Shown here one piece after another: positions 1 through 9,862 of a stretch of 53,703 nt of DNA (its first letter is position 1; each line of letters opens with the position of its first letter). The notes under the pieces are model-generated. The model worked only from the letters and a program-made list of their open reading frames with translations, was not told where the DNA came from and searched no databases. The stretch spans positions 1 to 53,703 of the forward strand of contig JAAYNZ010000020.1 in the NCBI GenBank assembly GCA_012520595.1. Direction: 5' to 3'. This DNA is from Candidatus Epulonipiscium sp. Lineage in GTDB: Bacteria > Bacillota > Clostridia > Lachnospirales > JAAYNZ01. The position numbers and the translations under genes were made by a program.

Positions 1-260
1 ATCGAGATGTGACCATCGGAAGTATCAATTCTTCCATTGTACATCCTAGAGAGGTTTTTAAAGAAGCTATTCAGCGAAGTGCGGCACATATTATTCTTCT
101 TCACAACCATCCAAGTGGAGATCCGTCTCCTAGCCGGGAAGATGTACAAGTCACAAAACGAATTATTGAAGCTGGAGAATTATTAGGAATTCCTGTTTTA
201 GATCATATTATTATAGGAAATGGAAATTACATTAGTTTAAAAGAAAAAGATCTATGTTAA
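1..260 (+). CDS. radC: RadC/JAB-domain protein, 3' part (truncated by the window start)
   Basis: VHPREVF and [14 protein letters not shown]...LDHIIIG motifs. Usual position upstream of mreB. Confidence 0.93.
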   Translation, partial: RDVTIGSINSSIVHPREVFKEAIQRSAAHIILLHNHPSGDPSPSREDVQVTKRIIEAGELLGIPVLDHIIIGNGNYISLKEKDLC

Positions 261-284
261 AAAAAACAACATAGATCTTTTCTT
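245..284 (+). terminator. Inverted repeat overlapping the radC stop; probable intrinsic terminator
   Basis: 14-bp perfect arms aaaagatctatgtt (245-258) and aacatagatctttt (268-281). Confidence 0.6.
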
Positions 285-324
285 GTAGTAAAAGACTTTT
301 TTTAGGCGATTTCGTATTTTAATG

Positions 325-353
325 TTGAAAAGTAGACTAAAAAAGAGTATTAT
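325..353 (+). promoter_or_regulatory. Putative sigma-A promoter for the mre operon
   Basis: TTGAAA-N17-TATTAT. Confidence 0.5.
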
Positions 354-628
354 GTTACTAGTAGTCATTTTAACATAGAATACTTATGTAATATTATGAA
401 GTTAGTATAAGTTTCATTTAAAAGATGGGTATAGGAAGAACAGGTAGGTTATATTTTTAGTTTAAGGGATTCCTATTTTTTATTTTTATAAACGTATTAG
501 AATGCTTCTGTATCGGGTAGAATAGAATATGATTACCTATGTTTAAATAAAAAGAAAAAGATATACGAAAAATCGAATAATTTGATAAAGATATTGCTGG
601 ATTTGTAATTCAAGGAAGGAGAACAAAT

Positions 629-1657
629 ATGTTATTTTCGAAAGATATGGGTATTGATTTGGGTACAGCCAATACATTGGTTTTTATAAAGGGAAAAGGA
701 ATTATTGTTAACGAACCTTCAGTTGTTGCAGTAGATACAAGAATAAAACAAGTATTAGCTGTTGGTGATGAAGCAAAACAAATGATAGGTCGAACACCAG
801 GTAATATTGTAGCAATGCGTCCTATGAAAGATGGGGTCATTGCTGATTTTGAAACTACAGAGGCAATGTTACGATATTTTATTAATAAAGCTTATAAAAA
901 AGGCTTTTTTAATGGGAAACCAAGAGTGGTAGTTTGTGTTCCATCAGGAGTGACAGAAGTAGAAAAACGAGCTGTTATTGAAGCGACCATTAATGCTGGA
1001 GCTAGAGAAAGAGATGCTTATTTAGTAGAAGAACCCATGGCAGCAGCGATAGGGGCAGGATTACCTGTAGCAGAGCCTACAGGGAGTATGGTTGTAGACA
1101 TTGGTGGTGGAACCAGTGAAGTTGCTGTTATTTCTTTAGGTGGAGTCGTCACAAGCAAATCTTTACGTATTGCCGGAGATGAGTTAGATGAATATATCGT
1201 AAACTATATAAAAAAAGAATACAGTTTAATGATTGGAGAACGAACAGCAGAAGAAATTAAATTGACCATTGGTTCTGCATATCCTATCCATCCAGAAGAA
1301 AAGAAACAAATTCGAGGAAGAGATTTAATTAGTGGACTACCTAAAACCATTGAAGTTACATCACAAGAGATTTTGCATGCTTTGCAAGAACCAGTGAATG
1401 CCATTGTAGATGCCATTAAGTTTACATTAGAAAAAACCCCCCCTGAACTGGCGGCAGATATTATGGAGACGGGTATTATGCTTACAGGTGGAGGAGCCCT
1501 TTTAAAAGGGTTGGATCAACTAATTAATCAAGAAACAGGAATGCCTGTTCATATTGCAGAAGAACCTTTAAACTGTGTAGTTTTAGGAACAGGATTGGTG
1601 TTAGAACATATTGATACCCTTAAAAGCGTATTGATTTCACCTCGAAAATTAAGGTAA
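629..1657 (+). CDS. mreB: Rod shape-determining actin-like protein MreB
   Basis: [18 protein letters not shown] and LTGGGALL motifs. RBS aggaaggag. Confidence 0.98.
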   Translation: MLFSKDMGIDLGTANTLVFIKGKGIIVNEPSVVAVDTRIKQVLAVGDEAKQMIGRTPGNIVAMRPMKDGVIADFETTEAMLRYFINKAYKKGFFNGKPRVVVCVPSGVTEVEKRAVIEATINAGARERDAYLVEEPMAAAIGAGLPVAEPTGSMVVDIGGGTSEVAVISLGGVVTSKSLRIAGDELDEYIVNYIKKEYSLMIGERTAEEIKLTIGSAYPIHPEEKKQIRGRDLISGLPKTIEVTSQEILHALQEPVNAIVDAIKFTLEKTPPELAADIMETGIMLTGGGALLKGLDQLINQETGMPVHIAEEPLNCVVLGTGLVLEHIDTLKSVLISPRKLR

Positions 1658-1675
1658 TGAACAACGAAATAAGGG

Positions 1676-2554
1676 GTGAAAGCATTGAAATTTAAGAATG
1701 TATCGATTCCTAGAAAATATATTTTAATAATAGTAACCATTGTAACAATGGTTACTATTATTGTAACTTTGCCCAATCGAAAGCAGGTTACGGCATTAGA
1801 AAAGGGGTTAGGGTATATCGTTATTCCTGGCCAAAAAATATTAATTAAGATTCAACATTGGGCTAATGAAAAAATAGCTTTTGTGTTTAATACCTATGAA
1901 ATACAAGAACAAAATAAAAAGTTATTAGCTGAAGTTGATGAATTACGGTATGAAAATAAAATTTTACAACAATATAAAAAAGATAATGAAAATCTTCGAA
2001 GTTTATTAGAGTTGGATCAAAAATACCCAGATTATCCCAAAGTAGGTGCTCAAGTCATAGGAAAAAATCCAGGTAATTGGTTTGATGTCTTCTTAATTGA
2101 TAAAGGAACCAATCATAATTTGGATATTGATATGGTTGTCATGGCAGATAGTGGCTTAGTAGGGCGGATTATTGAGGTAGGGCCTAATTATTCAAAAGTG
2201 TTATCGATTATCGATGATACAAGTTCAGTAAGTGCTCAAGTGTTACGTACGAATGAAGTAGGGGTTGTGCGTGGAGATAAGATATTAATGAATGATGGAT
2301 TATGTAAAGTACAGCATATTACCATGGAAGCACAGATGATTCAAGGAGATGAAATGGTTACTTCACATTTAGGAGATATTTATCCACCAGGAATTTTAAT
2401 CGGGACGATAAAAGAAATTAAAACAGAAAGTCACGGATTAACAAAGTATGCTTTATTAGAGCCTGCTGTAGATTTTCAGCATTTAGAAGAGGTCTTAGTC
2501 ATTAATCAAGTTTGGAAGGAGAAAAAACCTAATTTGAAGGAGTCTGCAAAGTGA
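1676..2554 (+). CDS. mreC: Rod shape-determining protein MreC
   Basis: N-terminal TM, coiled coil, IDKG...GLVGRI and TSHLGDIYPPGI motifs. Synteny. Confidence 0.95.
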   Translation: MKALKFKNVSIPRKYILIIVTIVTMVTIIVTLPNRKQVTALEKGLGYIVIPGQKILIKIQHWANEKIAFVFNTYEIQEQNKKLLAEVDELRYENKILQQYKKDNENLRSLLELDQKYPDYPKVGAQVIGKNPGNWFDVFLIDKGTNHNLDIDMVVMADSGLVGRIIEVGPNYSKVLSIIDDTSSVSAQVLRTNEVGVVRGDKILMNDGLCKVQHITMEAQMIQGDEMVTSHLGDIYPPGILIGTIKEIKTESHGLTKYALLEPAVDFQHLEEVLVINQVWKEKKPNLKESAK

Positions 2555-3066
2555 GAATACTGGTTATTAGTTTGCTATTATTATCGTACTTAATTTTACA
2601 GCCCACGTATATACAGTACTTACGAATTATGGGAGTTGTTCCAAATTTGGCAGTAATGATTATCGTTTCTTTTGCTTTATTAAGAGGTAGCGTAGAAGGA
2701 GCTATCATTGGATTTAGTATTGGCTTACTTCAAGATGTTTTTTTTGGTAGGGGCATAGGGTTTCAAGCTTTGATAGGCATGTTTATTGGATATGTATGTG
2801 GGATTCCAAGTCAAAAGTATTATAGAGAAAATTATATACTCCCTTTTTTTCTGATTATTGTTAGTACTTTTGCACAAGGTATGTGTACTTATGTTTTTAC
2901 TTTTTTAATTCGAGGACGGACGAATTTTTTGTTTTTTTTCAACCGCATTATTATTCCAGAAGTAGTGTATACAGCGGCATTGTCCTTATTAATTTATCGA
3001 TTGATTTATGGAATTAATGAAAAAATAGAGGCAAGGGAGCGGTTGCGGCGCAAGCATTTTAGTTGA
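2551..3066 (+). CDS. mreD: Rod shape-determining membrane protein MreD
   Basis: Hydrophobic 171 aa protein with PNL...G..IG...GLLQD pattern. Overlaps the mreC stop. Confidence 0.93.
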   Translation: MRILVISLLLLSYLILQPTYIQYLRIMGVVPNLAVMIIVSFALLRGSVEGAIIGFSIGLLQDVFFGRGIGFQALIGMFIGYVCGIPSQKYYRENYILPFFLIIVSTFAQGMCTYVFTFLIRGRTNFLFFFNRIIIPEVVYTAALSLLIYRLIYGINEKIEARERLRRKHFS

Positions 3067-3089
3067 AAGGCTTTGAGGTGTTTAGAAAA

Positions 3090-5630
3090 ATGAAGCGATT
3101 ATTAGAAGGCATATGGCGGGTCATAACCCATCGATTATTTTTATTTAGTATAGTAATGATATTGTTATTGTCTCGACTGATTGTACATTTATTTCAGCTT
3201 CAGATTGTAGAAGGGGAACAACATGAAGAAGAGTTAAGGGCAAGTATTTTAAGAGAAATTTCCATTCCTGCTCCTCGGGGAATGATTTTTGATCGATATG
3301 GACGACCTTTAGCAATGAATAAAGTTGCTTTTTCAATTAAAATTGATGATAGTATTGAAGTTACTAATCAAGATGAGATTTTATTACAAATTATTGAATT
3401 ACTAGAAAAGAATCAAGAACAATACATGGACGAATTTCCTATTACTATCGATGAAAAAGGAAATCTAGAGTTTATTGTTAATGAACAAGGAGAAATACGT
3501 TTTAAAGAAGAAATTTTTGGAAAGAAAAAAATAAACTTTACAGATGAACAGAAAAATATGAATGCAGAAGATGTTTTTCAGTACATGAGGAAAAAATTTG
3601 ATATTGATGAAAAATATACTGATTTTGATGCAAGAAAAATTATGGTATTAAAATATCCCTTATATCAAAGACGGTATCGACAATATCAACCGGTAACAGT
3701 AGCGATAGATGTTAGTGAAAAAACAGTAGCTCTGTTGGAAGAGAGGCATTCAGACTTTCCAGGACTTTATATCGATGTAGAACCATTACGTTATTATCCA
3801 GAAGGTGACCTGTTTAGTCATATTATAGGATATATTGGGAAAATTACAGATACCCAATTAGAAGAACTACAAGACAAAGGGTACACCCCTTTTGATATCG
3901 TAGGAAGAACAGGAATTGAAAAAGAAATGGAGATTTATCTTCAAGGGCAAGATGGCAAAATGATGGTTGAAGTAGATAAAGTAGGAAGGCGAATGAATGT
4001 ATTAAAAACAGAAGACGCAATTCCAGGAAACAAGATTTTTTTAACCATTGATCGTAATTTTCAACAAGCAACTCGAGATATTTTGGTTGATAAGTTGTCT
4101 GATATTTTAGTTTCTAGAATAGGTACTTACAGCACAAAAGAACGCTCTTATAATTTAGAAGATATTATGATTAGTATGGTTAAACATCATACCATTTCCA
4201 TTGCTAAGATATTAAGTGCAGATGAAAGTGCAACTGTACAAAAGAAAATTGCAACTCAATTCTCTAATCAATTTGAAGATCCTCAAAAAATGTTAAAAGC
4301 AGATATAGAGATTCTTCAGGAAGCTTTTATAACAATGATTAAAGATAGAAAGATATCCTATAAAGAATTACTATTGGTCTTATGGGAGCAAGGGGTTATT
4401 ACGGGAGATGACTCCTTTTTGGCAGATATTCAAAAAGGGCGTATATCGCCTTTACAGGTTATCAAACAAAAAATTCAACAAGGTGAAATTACTCCTCAAC
4501 AAGTAGGTTTAGATCCTAGCACAGGTTCTGTTGTTGTTATGAATATTCATACAGGAGAAATTTTATCCATGGTGAGTTATCCTAGTTATGATAACAATCA
4601 ATTGGTAAATCATTTTAATACAGAGTACTGGAATGATCTTTTAAACGATCCTACTACACCTTTGTTTCATCGTGCTACTATGGAAAGAAAAGCGCCAGGT
4701 TCCACCTTTAAAATGATTACAGCCATGGCAGGATTAGAAGAAAAGGTGGTAGGAGTTAGAGAAGCGATTTTAGATAAGGGAGTCTTTACAGATGCAGGTC
4801 ATCCACCTGCTCGGTGTTGGATTTATAACTCTTATCATAGTACGCATGGTCATGTTAATCTTGCAGATGCTTTAGAGGTATCCTGTAACTATTATTTTTA
4901 TGAAGTAGCATACCGTATGGGATGGACAGGGAAGGGACGTAGTGCTTTAAAGGGTATTAATACACTCAATGAATATGCTAAAAAGTTTGGATTGGATCAG
5001 CGTTCAGGCATAGAGATTGATGAAACGACTCCTATGTTATCTTCCCCAGATAATAAACGGATACAATTACAACGTTGGCAGCCAACAGCAGAAGAAGGAG
5101 AGTTACGATGGTATGATGGGGATACTATTCGTACAGGGATTGGTCAAGGATGGAATAACTTTGCACCTATTCATATGACGCGTTACATTGCTACTTTGGC
5201 CAATGGAGGTACTTTGTATAAAAGCTATTTGATTAATAAAATTGAAACACCAGATGGGGAATTATATGATAAGAAAGAACCTTTCATTCAAATGAAGTCT
5301 GATTTCGATTCTAAAAATTTAAAATCAATTTATGAAGGTATGCATCGGGTGACAAAAGGAAATCGGGGAACCGTACGAGGCGTTTTTGGTGAATTTCCTA
5401 TTCCTGTAGCAGGAAAGACAGGAACTGCACAAGAAGATCCCAAGCGAGATAGTCATGCTTGGTTTGTGGGTTTTGCTCCTTATGACAATCCGGAAATAGC
5501 TATTTCTGTACTCTTGCCCTTTGGGGAACGATCCGATTATCCAGCTGAAATTTTCAGGGATATTGTAGCTGCTTATTTTGAATTAGATGTTGAACATGAT
5601 AAGATGAATCTTGATAATACATTATATTAG
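3090..5630 (+). CDS. mrdA: Class B penicillin-binding protein PBP2 (MrdA-like)
   Basis: LFQLQIV...APRGMIFDRYG dimerization domain; STFK (SxxK), SCN (SxN) and KTGTA motifs. ATG 3090 follows gaggtg; the ORF track opens at 3063. Confidence 0.92.
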   Translation: MKRLLEGIWRVITHRLFLFSIVMILLLSRLIVHLFQLQIVEGEQHEEELRASILREISIPAPRGMIFDRYGRPLAMNKVAFSIKIDDSIEVTNQDEILLQIIELLEKNQEQYMDEFPITIDEKGNLEFIVNEQGEIRFKEEIFGKKKINFTDEQKNMNAEDVFQYMRKKFDIDEKYTDFDARKIMVLKYPLYQRRYRQYQPVTVAIDVSEKTVALLEERHSDFPGLYIDVEPLRYYPEGDLFSHIIGYIGKITDTQLEELQDKGYTPFDIVGRTGIEKEMEIYLQGQDGKMMVEVDKVGRRMNVLKTEDAIPGNKIFLTIDRNFQQATRDILVDKLSDILVSRIGTYSTKERSYNLEDIMISMVKHHTISIAKILSADESATVQKKIATQFSNQFEDPQKMLKADIEILQEAFITMIKDRKISYKELLLVLWEQGVITGDDSFLADIQKGRISPLQVIKQKIQQGEITPQQVGLDPSTGSVVVMNIHTGEILSMVSYPSYDNNQLVNHFNTEYWNDLLNDPTTPLFHRATMERKAPGSTFKMITAMAGLEEKVVGVREAILDKGVFTDAGHPPARCWIYNSYHSTHGHVNLADALEVSCNYYFYEVAYRMGWTGKGRSALKGINTLNEYAKKFGLDQRSGIEIDETTPMLSSPDNKRIQLQRWQPTAEEGELRWYDGDTIRTGIGQGWNNFAPIHMTRYIATLANGGTLYKSYLINKIETPDGELYDKKEPFIQMKSDFDSKNLKSIYEGMHRVTKGNRGTVRGVFGEFPIPVAGKTGTAQEDPKRDSHAWFVGFAPYDNPEIAISVLLPFGERSDYPAEIFRDIVAAYFELDVEHDKMNLDNTLY

Positions 5631-5660
5631 AAAGATAGAAATACACTGGGTGGGAAAATA

Positions 5661-6341
5661 ATGAATCATGATAATTATGTAATCTTTAAAGGAACAAAAG
5701 ATGGATTAATGATTTTGTTAAGTGAGGAATTGGATTTTACAACTTTAAAAAAGCATTTCGAAAAAAAAGTAATCGATGCAAGTCGATTCTTTCATGGTGC
5801 TAAAGTTGCTTTAACATTTCAAGGACGAAGATTATCAGAAGAAGAACAACAAGAACTCATTGAAATTTTATCTGAAAAATCCAAGTTAGACATTTCTTTT
5901 GTTTATGACTCTGAAGATCGTAAGATAGAAATGTCTTCTGTAAAATCAAATACAGAGGCAAACTTAGAGCAATGGGAAGAAGGTAGGGTTGGGTTTTATA
6001 AAGGAACCATTCGTTCAGGCCAACAAATTGAGTTTTCAGGAAGTGTGGTTATTGTTGGAGATGTAAATCCTGGAGGACAAGTGATTGCAGAAGGTAGTAT
6101 TATCGTTTTAGGCGGATTAAAAGGAATGGTACATGCTGGAAGCAAAGGAAATCAAGCAGTTTTTGTAGCTGCTTTATCGATGACTCCTATGCAGTTACGG
6201 ATTGGTAATATTATTAGTCGTTCTCCCGATGAAGAGCAGAATAAAAGTTCAAGTACACCCATCGCACAAATTGCATATATTCATCAAGAAAGAATTTGCA
6301 TTGAACCAATGGATGGAAAAATGAAAAATTTGTTTTTTTAA
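5661..6341 (+). CDS. minC: Septum site-determining protein MinC
   Basis: TIRSGQ...GDVNPGG..IAEG.I...G.L.G.VHAG beta-helix pattern. Confidence 0.95.
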   Translation: MNHDNYVIFKGTKDGLMILLSEELDFTTLKKHFEKKVIDASRFFHGAKVALTFQGRRLSEEEQQELIEILSEKSKLDISFVYDSEDRKIEMSSVKSNTEANLEQWEEGRVGFYKGTIRSGQQIEFSGSVVIVGDVNPGGQVIAEGSIIVLGGLKGMVHAGSKGNQAVFVAALSMTPMQLRIGNIISRSPDEEQNKSSSTPIAQIAYIHQERICIEPMDGKMKNLFF

Positions 6342-6579
6342 CAGTTTAAATGTCAAATGAGGTGTGAATTTGAAACAAATTGTAAAAATAAAATAGATGC
6401 AATTTTATTCGTTATTTGGTAATATAATAGTAGAACTTATTATTAAGTTTTAAAGAATAGGATTATTTCCTGCTTTAAAAGTTGCAGAATAAGTTATCTA
6501 TGTACGAACTTGTAACTTTAATTTTGCATATTCATACAATCATCGTAAAAGATAAAAGTAGATGCAAGGGGGAAAATAC

Positions 6580-7377
6580 ATGAGCGAAGTAATCGTTATT
6601 ACATCAGGCAAGGGAGGAGTAGGGAAAACAACAACAACAGCAAACCTTGGGACAGGGCTTGCTTTAGAAGGAAAAAGAGTGGCATTAATTGATGCAGATA
6701 TTGGACTTAGGAACTTAGACGTGGTTATGGGTTTGGAAAATAGAATTGTATATGATTTAGTTGATGTAGTAGAGGGACATTGTCGAGTAAAGCAAGCATT
6801 AATCAAAGACAAACGATATTCAGGAATGTTTTTACTACCAGCTGCTCAAACACGAGATAAAAATGCCATTAATCCGGAACAAATGCAAAAACTATGTGAT
6901 ACGCTAAAAGAAGATTTTGATTATATATTAATTGACTGTCCAGCAGGTATTGAACAAGGTTTTAAAAATGCTATTGCAGGGGCTGACCGAGCTGTTGTAG
7001 TTACCACACCCGAAGTATCAGCTGTTCGAGATGCAGATCGAATTATTGGGCTTTTAGAAGCCAGTGAGTTAAGAAACCCTAAACTAATCGTAAATCGTGT
7101 TAAAGGTGATATGGTTAAACGAGGGGATATGATGGCTATTGAGGATGTAATGGAAATTCTAGCAGTCGATATTATAGGGGTTGTTCCTGATGATGATCAT
7201 ATTGTTATTTCTACGAATCGTGGAGAACCTGTTGTTACGGATTTACATTCTTTAGCAGGACAAGCCTATCGCAACATTACAAAAAGAATTATGGGAGAGG
7301 AAGTTCCTTTGCTTAACTTAGAAGGCGATCAAGGTTTTATGCAACGTTTAAAGAAACTATTTGGATTAGGTGTATAA
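6580..7377 (+). CDS. minD: Septum site-determining ATPase MinD
   Basis: SGKGGVGKT, DIGLRNLD and a C-terminal amphipathic helix. Start at 6580 after agggggaa. Confidence 0.98.
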   Translation: MSEVIVITSGKGGVGKTTTTANLGTGLALEGKRVALIDADIGLRNLDVVMGLENRIVYDLVDVVEGHCRVKQALIKDKRYSGMFLLPAAQTRDKNAINPEQMQKLCDTLKEDFDYILIDCPAGIEQGFKNAIAGADRAVVVTTPEVSAVRDADRIIGLLEASELRNPKLIVNRVKGDMVKRGDMMAIEDVMEILAVDIIGVVPDDDHIVISTNRGEPVVTDLHSLAGQAYRNITKRIMGEEVPLLNLEGDQGFMQRLKKLFGLGV

Positions 7378-7391
7378 AGGGGGAATGCAGA

Positions 7392-7673
7392 ATGGATTTA
7401 TTTAATATCTTAGGTAGAAAGCAAACTTCCAGTTCTGTGGCAAAAGATCGATTAAAATTATTGTTAATCCATGATCGGGCCAACTGTTCTTCAGAAATTT
7501 TAGAAATGCTTAAAAGTGATATCATACAAGTTATTTCTAATTATATGGAAATTGATAAGGAAGGTTTAGACATTCAAATTAGTCAAACTCGCTCAGAGGA
7601 TTCAAATGGTGTTGTTCCTGTTTTATATGCCAATATTCCTATTAAAAATATGCGTAAAGTGAGTAATTCATAG
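7392..7673 (+). CDS. minE: Cell division topological specificity factor MinE
   Basis: SSSVAKDRLKLLLIHDR and ANIPIK motifs. Confidence 0.96.
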   Translation: MDLFNILGRKQTSSSVAKDRLKLLLIHDRANCSSEILEMLKSDIIQVISNYMEIDKEGLDIQISQTRSEDSNGVVPVLYANIPIKNMRKVSNS

Positions 7674-7684
7674 AATATACAATA

Positions 7685-7714
7685 AAAGCAGGGTTAAAAA
7701 CCTGCTTTCCTTTT
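7685..7714 (+). terminator. Probable terminator between minE and rodA
   Basis: aaagcagg / cctgcttt stem followed by cctttt. Confidence 0.5.
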
Positions 7715-7739
7715 GTTTAATACAGAAAGAAGGTGTCCG

Positions 7740-8879
7740 ATGTTCCAAAAAAAACAATTGAAATACTTTGATATTTGGATTATCATAATAATGATAGCAC
7801 TTGTCATTATAGGGATTATTGCCATAGGAAGTGCGACTCATGTAAATAATCCTGATATAGAACCTTATTATGTAAATAAACAAATTACAGGATTTATAAT
7901 GGGATTTGTTTTAATGTTGATAATCGCTTTTATTGATTATCGATTTATAGGACATTTTTATCCATTGCTTTATATTATCGTTATTGGACTTTTAGTAGCT
8001 GTATTAACTTTAGGGAAAGAAGTGAGTGGTGCTGTTCGGTGGTTAGAATTTGGGCCGATAACTATACAGCCTTCCGAATTTGGTAAAATTATAATGATTC
8101 TTGTTCTTGCAAAAGTAATGGACAAATTTCAAAAACATATCAATCATATTGGGGTTGTACTCTTTGTATTTTTGTTAGTAGGACTTCCGATTTTATTGAT
8201 CCAAAAACAGCCAGATTTATCGACTAGCTTGGTTTTGCTTTTTATAGTAGCAGCCCAATTTTACGTGGCTAAAATGAGCTATGGCTATATTATTACAGGG
8301 GCAGGACTAGGAACACTAGGATTGCTTTTTGTTTGGTGGGGAGCTCATCAGCCAGGTCAAGTTTTTTTAAGAAAGTTCTTAAAGAATCATCAAGTAAATC
8401 GGATTATGTCTTTTATTGACCCACAAACCTATGCTATGTCTGGAGCTTATCAAACCCAGCAGTCGATTCGAGCCATTGGTTCGGGACAATTACAAGGAAA
8501 AGGATTATATCAAGGCACATTAAATCAATTTCAATATTTATTAGAAGCTCGCACCGATTTTATTTTTGCAGTAATTGGAGAAGAATTTGGGTTTATTGGT
8601 TGTGTTACAGTCATTATTTTAATTTCTTTATTGCTTTTTCGATGTTTATGGCTTGCGAAAGATGTTCCTGATTTATATGGTCAACTCATTATCGTTGGAG
8701 TAGCCGCAATGATTTTTTTCCAAAGCTTTGTTCATATTGGGGTCACTACAGGTTTTTTGCCCAATACGGGTATTCCTCTTCCCTTTATTAGTTATGGACT
8801 TAGTGCCTTGTGGAGTAACATGATAGGTATCGGTTTAGTACTTAATGTAGGGATGGCAAGAAGAAAAACTTATTATTAG
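7740..8879 (+). CDS. rodA: SEDS family peptidoglycan glycosyltransferase RodA
   Basis: GAVRW...[24 protein letters not shown] and PLPFISYG motifs. ATG 7740 after agaaggtg. Confidence 0.9.
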   Translation: MFQKKQLKYFDIWIIIIMIALVIIGIIAIGSATHVNNPDIEPYYVNKQITGFIMGFVLMLIIAFIDYRFIGHFYPLLYIIVIGLLVAVLTLGKEVSGAVRWLEFGPITIQPSEFGKIIMILVLAKVMDKFQKHINHIGVVLFVFLLVGLPILLIQKQPDLSTSLVLLFIVAAQFYVAKMSYGYIITGAGLGTLGLLFVWWGAHQPGQVFLRKFLKNHQVNRIMSFIDPQTYAMSGAYQTQQSIRAIGSGQLQGKGLYQGTLNQFQYLLEARTDFIFAVIGEEFGFIGCVTVIILISLLLFRCLWLAKDVPDLYGQLIIVGVAAMIFFQSFVHIGVTTGFLPNTGIPLPFISYGLSALWSNMIGIGLVLNVGMARRKTYY

Positions 8880-8892
8880 GAGGTTGTTTTAT

Positions 8893-9288
8893 ATGAATAT
8901 TGGCTTAATCGCCCATGATACCAAAAAGAAATTGATGCAAAATTTTACTATTGCATATCGTCATATTTTAAGTAAACACGAGCTATATGCTACAGGAACA
9001 ACGGGGCGACTCGTAGAAGAAGTGACAAATTTAAATGTTCATAAATATTTAGCAGGTCATTTAGGTGGAGAACAACAACTAGGAGCCCAAATTGCTCATA
9101 ATCAAATGGATTTAGTGATTTTTTTAAGAGATCCCCTATCTCCTAAGCTGCATGAACCAGATGTAAATGCTTTAATGAGATTATGTGATATTCATAATAT
9201 TCCTTTAGCGACTAACTTAGCCACTGCAGAATTGTTGATTAAGGCATTAGAACGAGGCGATTTAGAATGGAGAAATATTGTGAGATAA
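8893..9288 (+). CDS. mgsA: Methylglyoxal synthase
   Basis: IAHD.KK, ATGTTG, FLRDP...HEPDV and ATNLATAE motifs. Confidence 0.95.
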   Translation: MNIGLIAHDTKKKLMQNFTIAYRHILSKHELYATGTTGRLVEEVTNLNVHKYLAGHLGGEQQLGAQIAHNQMDLVIFLRDPLSPKLHEPDVNALMRLCDIHNIPLATNLATAELLIKALERGDLEWRNIVR

Positions 9289-9293
9289 AAATG

Positions 9294-9334
9294 AAAGAAG
9301 TTTCTTTGTATTAAAAAAGAAACTTCTTTTATTT
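9294..9334 (+). terminator. Terminator after mgsA
   Basis: 14-bp perfect arms aaagaagtttcttt / aaagaaacttcttt followed by a T-rich tail. Confidence 0.7.
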
Positions 9335-9348
9335 TTGGAATAAGAAAT

Positions 9349-9377
9349 TCATATACAACTCTTTCCCTACATAAGAT
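9349..9377 (+). promoter_or_regulatory. Putative sigma-E (mother-cell) promoter for the spoIVF-like operon
   Basis: TCATATA...CATAAGAT, matching ATA-N16-CATAnnnT. B. subtilis spoIVF is sigma-E dependent. Confidence 0.6.
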
Positions 9378-9421
9378 ATAGTAATAAAGGATGGATATGG
9401 ATACACAAAGGGGAGAAGGAT

Positions 9422-9862
9422 ATGAATTATAGAAAAAAACCAACACGAAGACAACCTATTAATAAAAGATCTCGATATAATCAAGAGAAAACAAAAAAAG
9501 AAAAAATCTTGCTTATTTTTTACAAACAGATAGTGATTAGTGTATGTATTTTTATTTGTTTTGTTGGGCTTAAAGTTTTACCATTTGTAGTAACAAAAAA
9601 TTGGATAAAGAATATTAATGAGAGCATATCCTATCAAGTGGAATGGCAACAAGTATATTATATGGCAACCCAATTACCGGCTTTTAAAACTTGGGTAGAA
9701 GAACAATGGACAAAAGAGAAGACGATTGAAGGTTCTGAGGATACTATAGAAGATCTAAAGGAAGAAAGCCCATTGGAACCAGAGCAAGAACAGGATATCA
9801 ATATTTTAGATGAGATAGAACAAAATCCGATAAAAGAGCAAGAAGGGTTATTGGGAAAGTAG
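9422..9862 (+). CDS. N-terminal half of a SpoIVFA-like protein (basic N-terminus, one TM helix, acidic linker); zero-frame ORF of a probable frameshifted gene
   Basis: RBS ggggagaagg. TM around QIVISVCIFICFVGL. Ends GGA AAG TAG. Confidence 0.75.
   Translation: MNYRKKPTRRQPINKRSRYNQEKTKKEKILLIFYKQIVISVCIFICFVGLKVLPFVVTKNWIKNINESISYQVEWQQVYYMATQLPAFKTWVEEQWTKEKTIEGSEDTIEDLKEESPLEPEQEQDINILDEIEQNPIKEQEGLLGK
9853..9862 (+). other. Candidate -1 programmed ribosomal frameshift site G_GGA_AAG followed by UAG
   Basis: X_XXY_YYZ heptamer in correct phase with ORF 9422-9862. A -1 shift enters the M23 frame, which is open from 9814 to 10269. Confidence 0.65.

Noticed and set aside
1-260. radC/JAB as a marker of a mobile or anti-defence element
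   Set aside because: It is in the normal chromosomal position before mreBCD, with no integrase, transposase or att-like repeats in the window.
6457-6492. Sigma-H-like AGGATT...GAAT upstream of minD
   Set aside because: The spacing is several nucleotides too long for the sigma-H consensus.
9814-9862. Transcriptional slippage as the cause of the frame change
   Set aside because: The overlap has no long homopolymer; the longest run is 4 nt.
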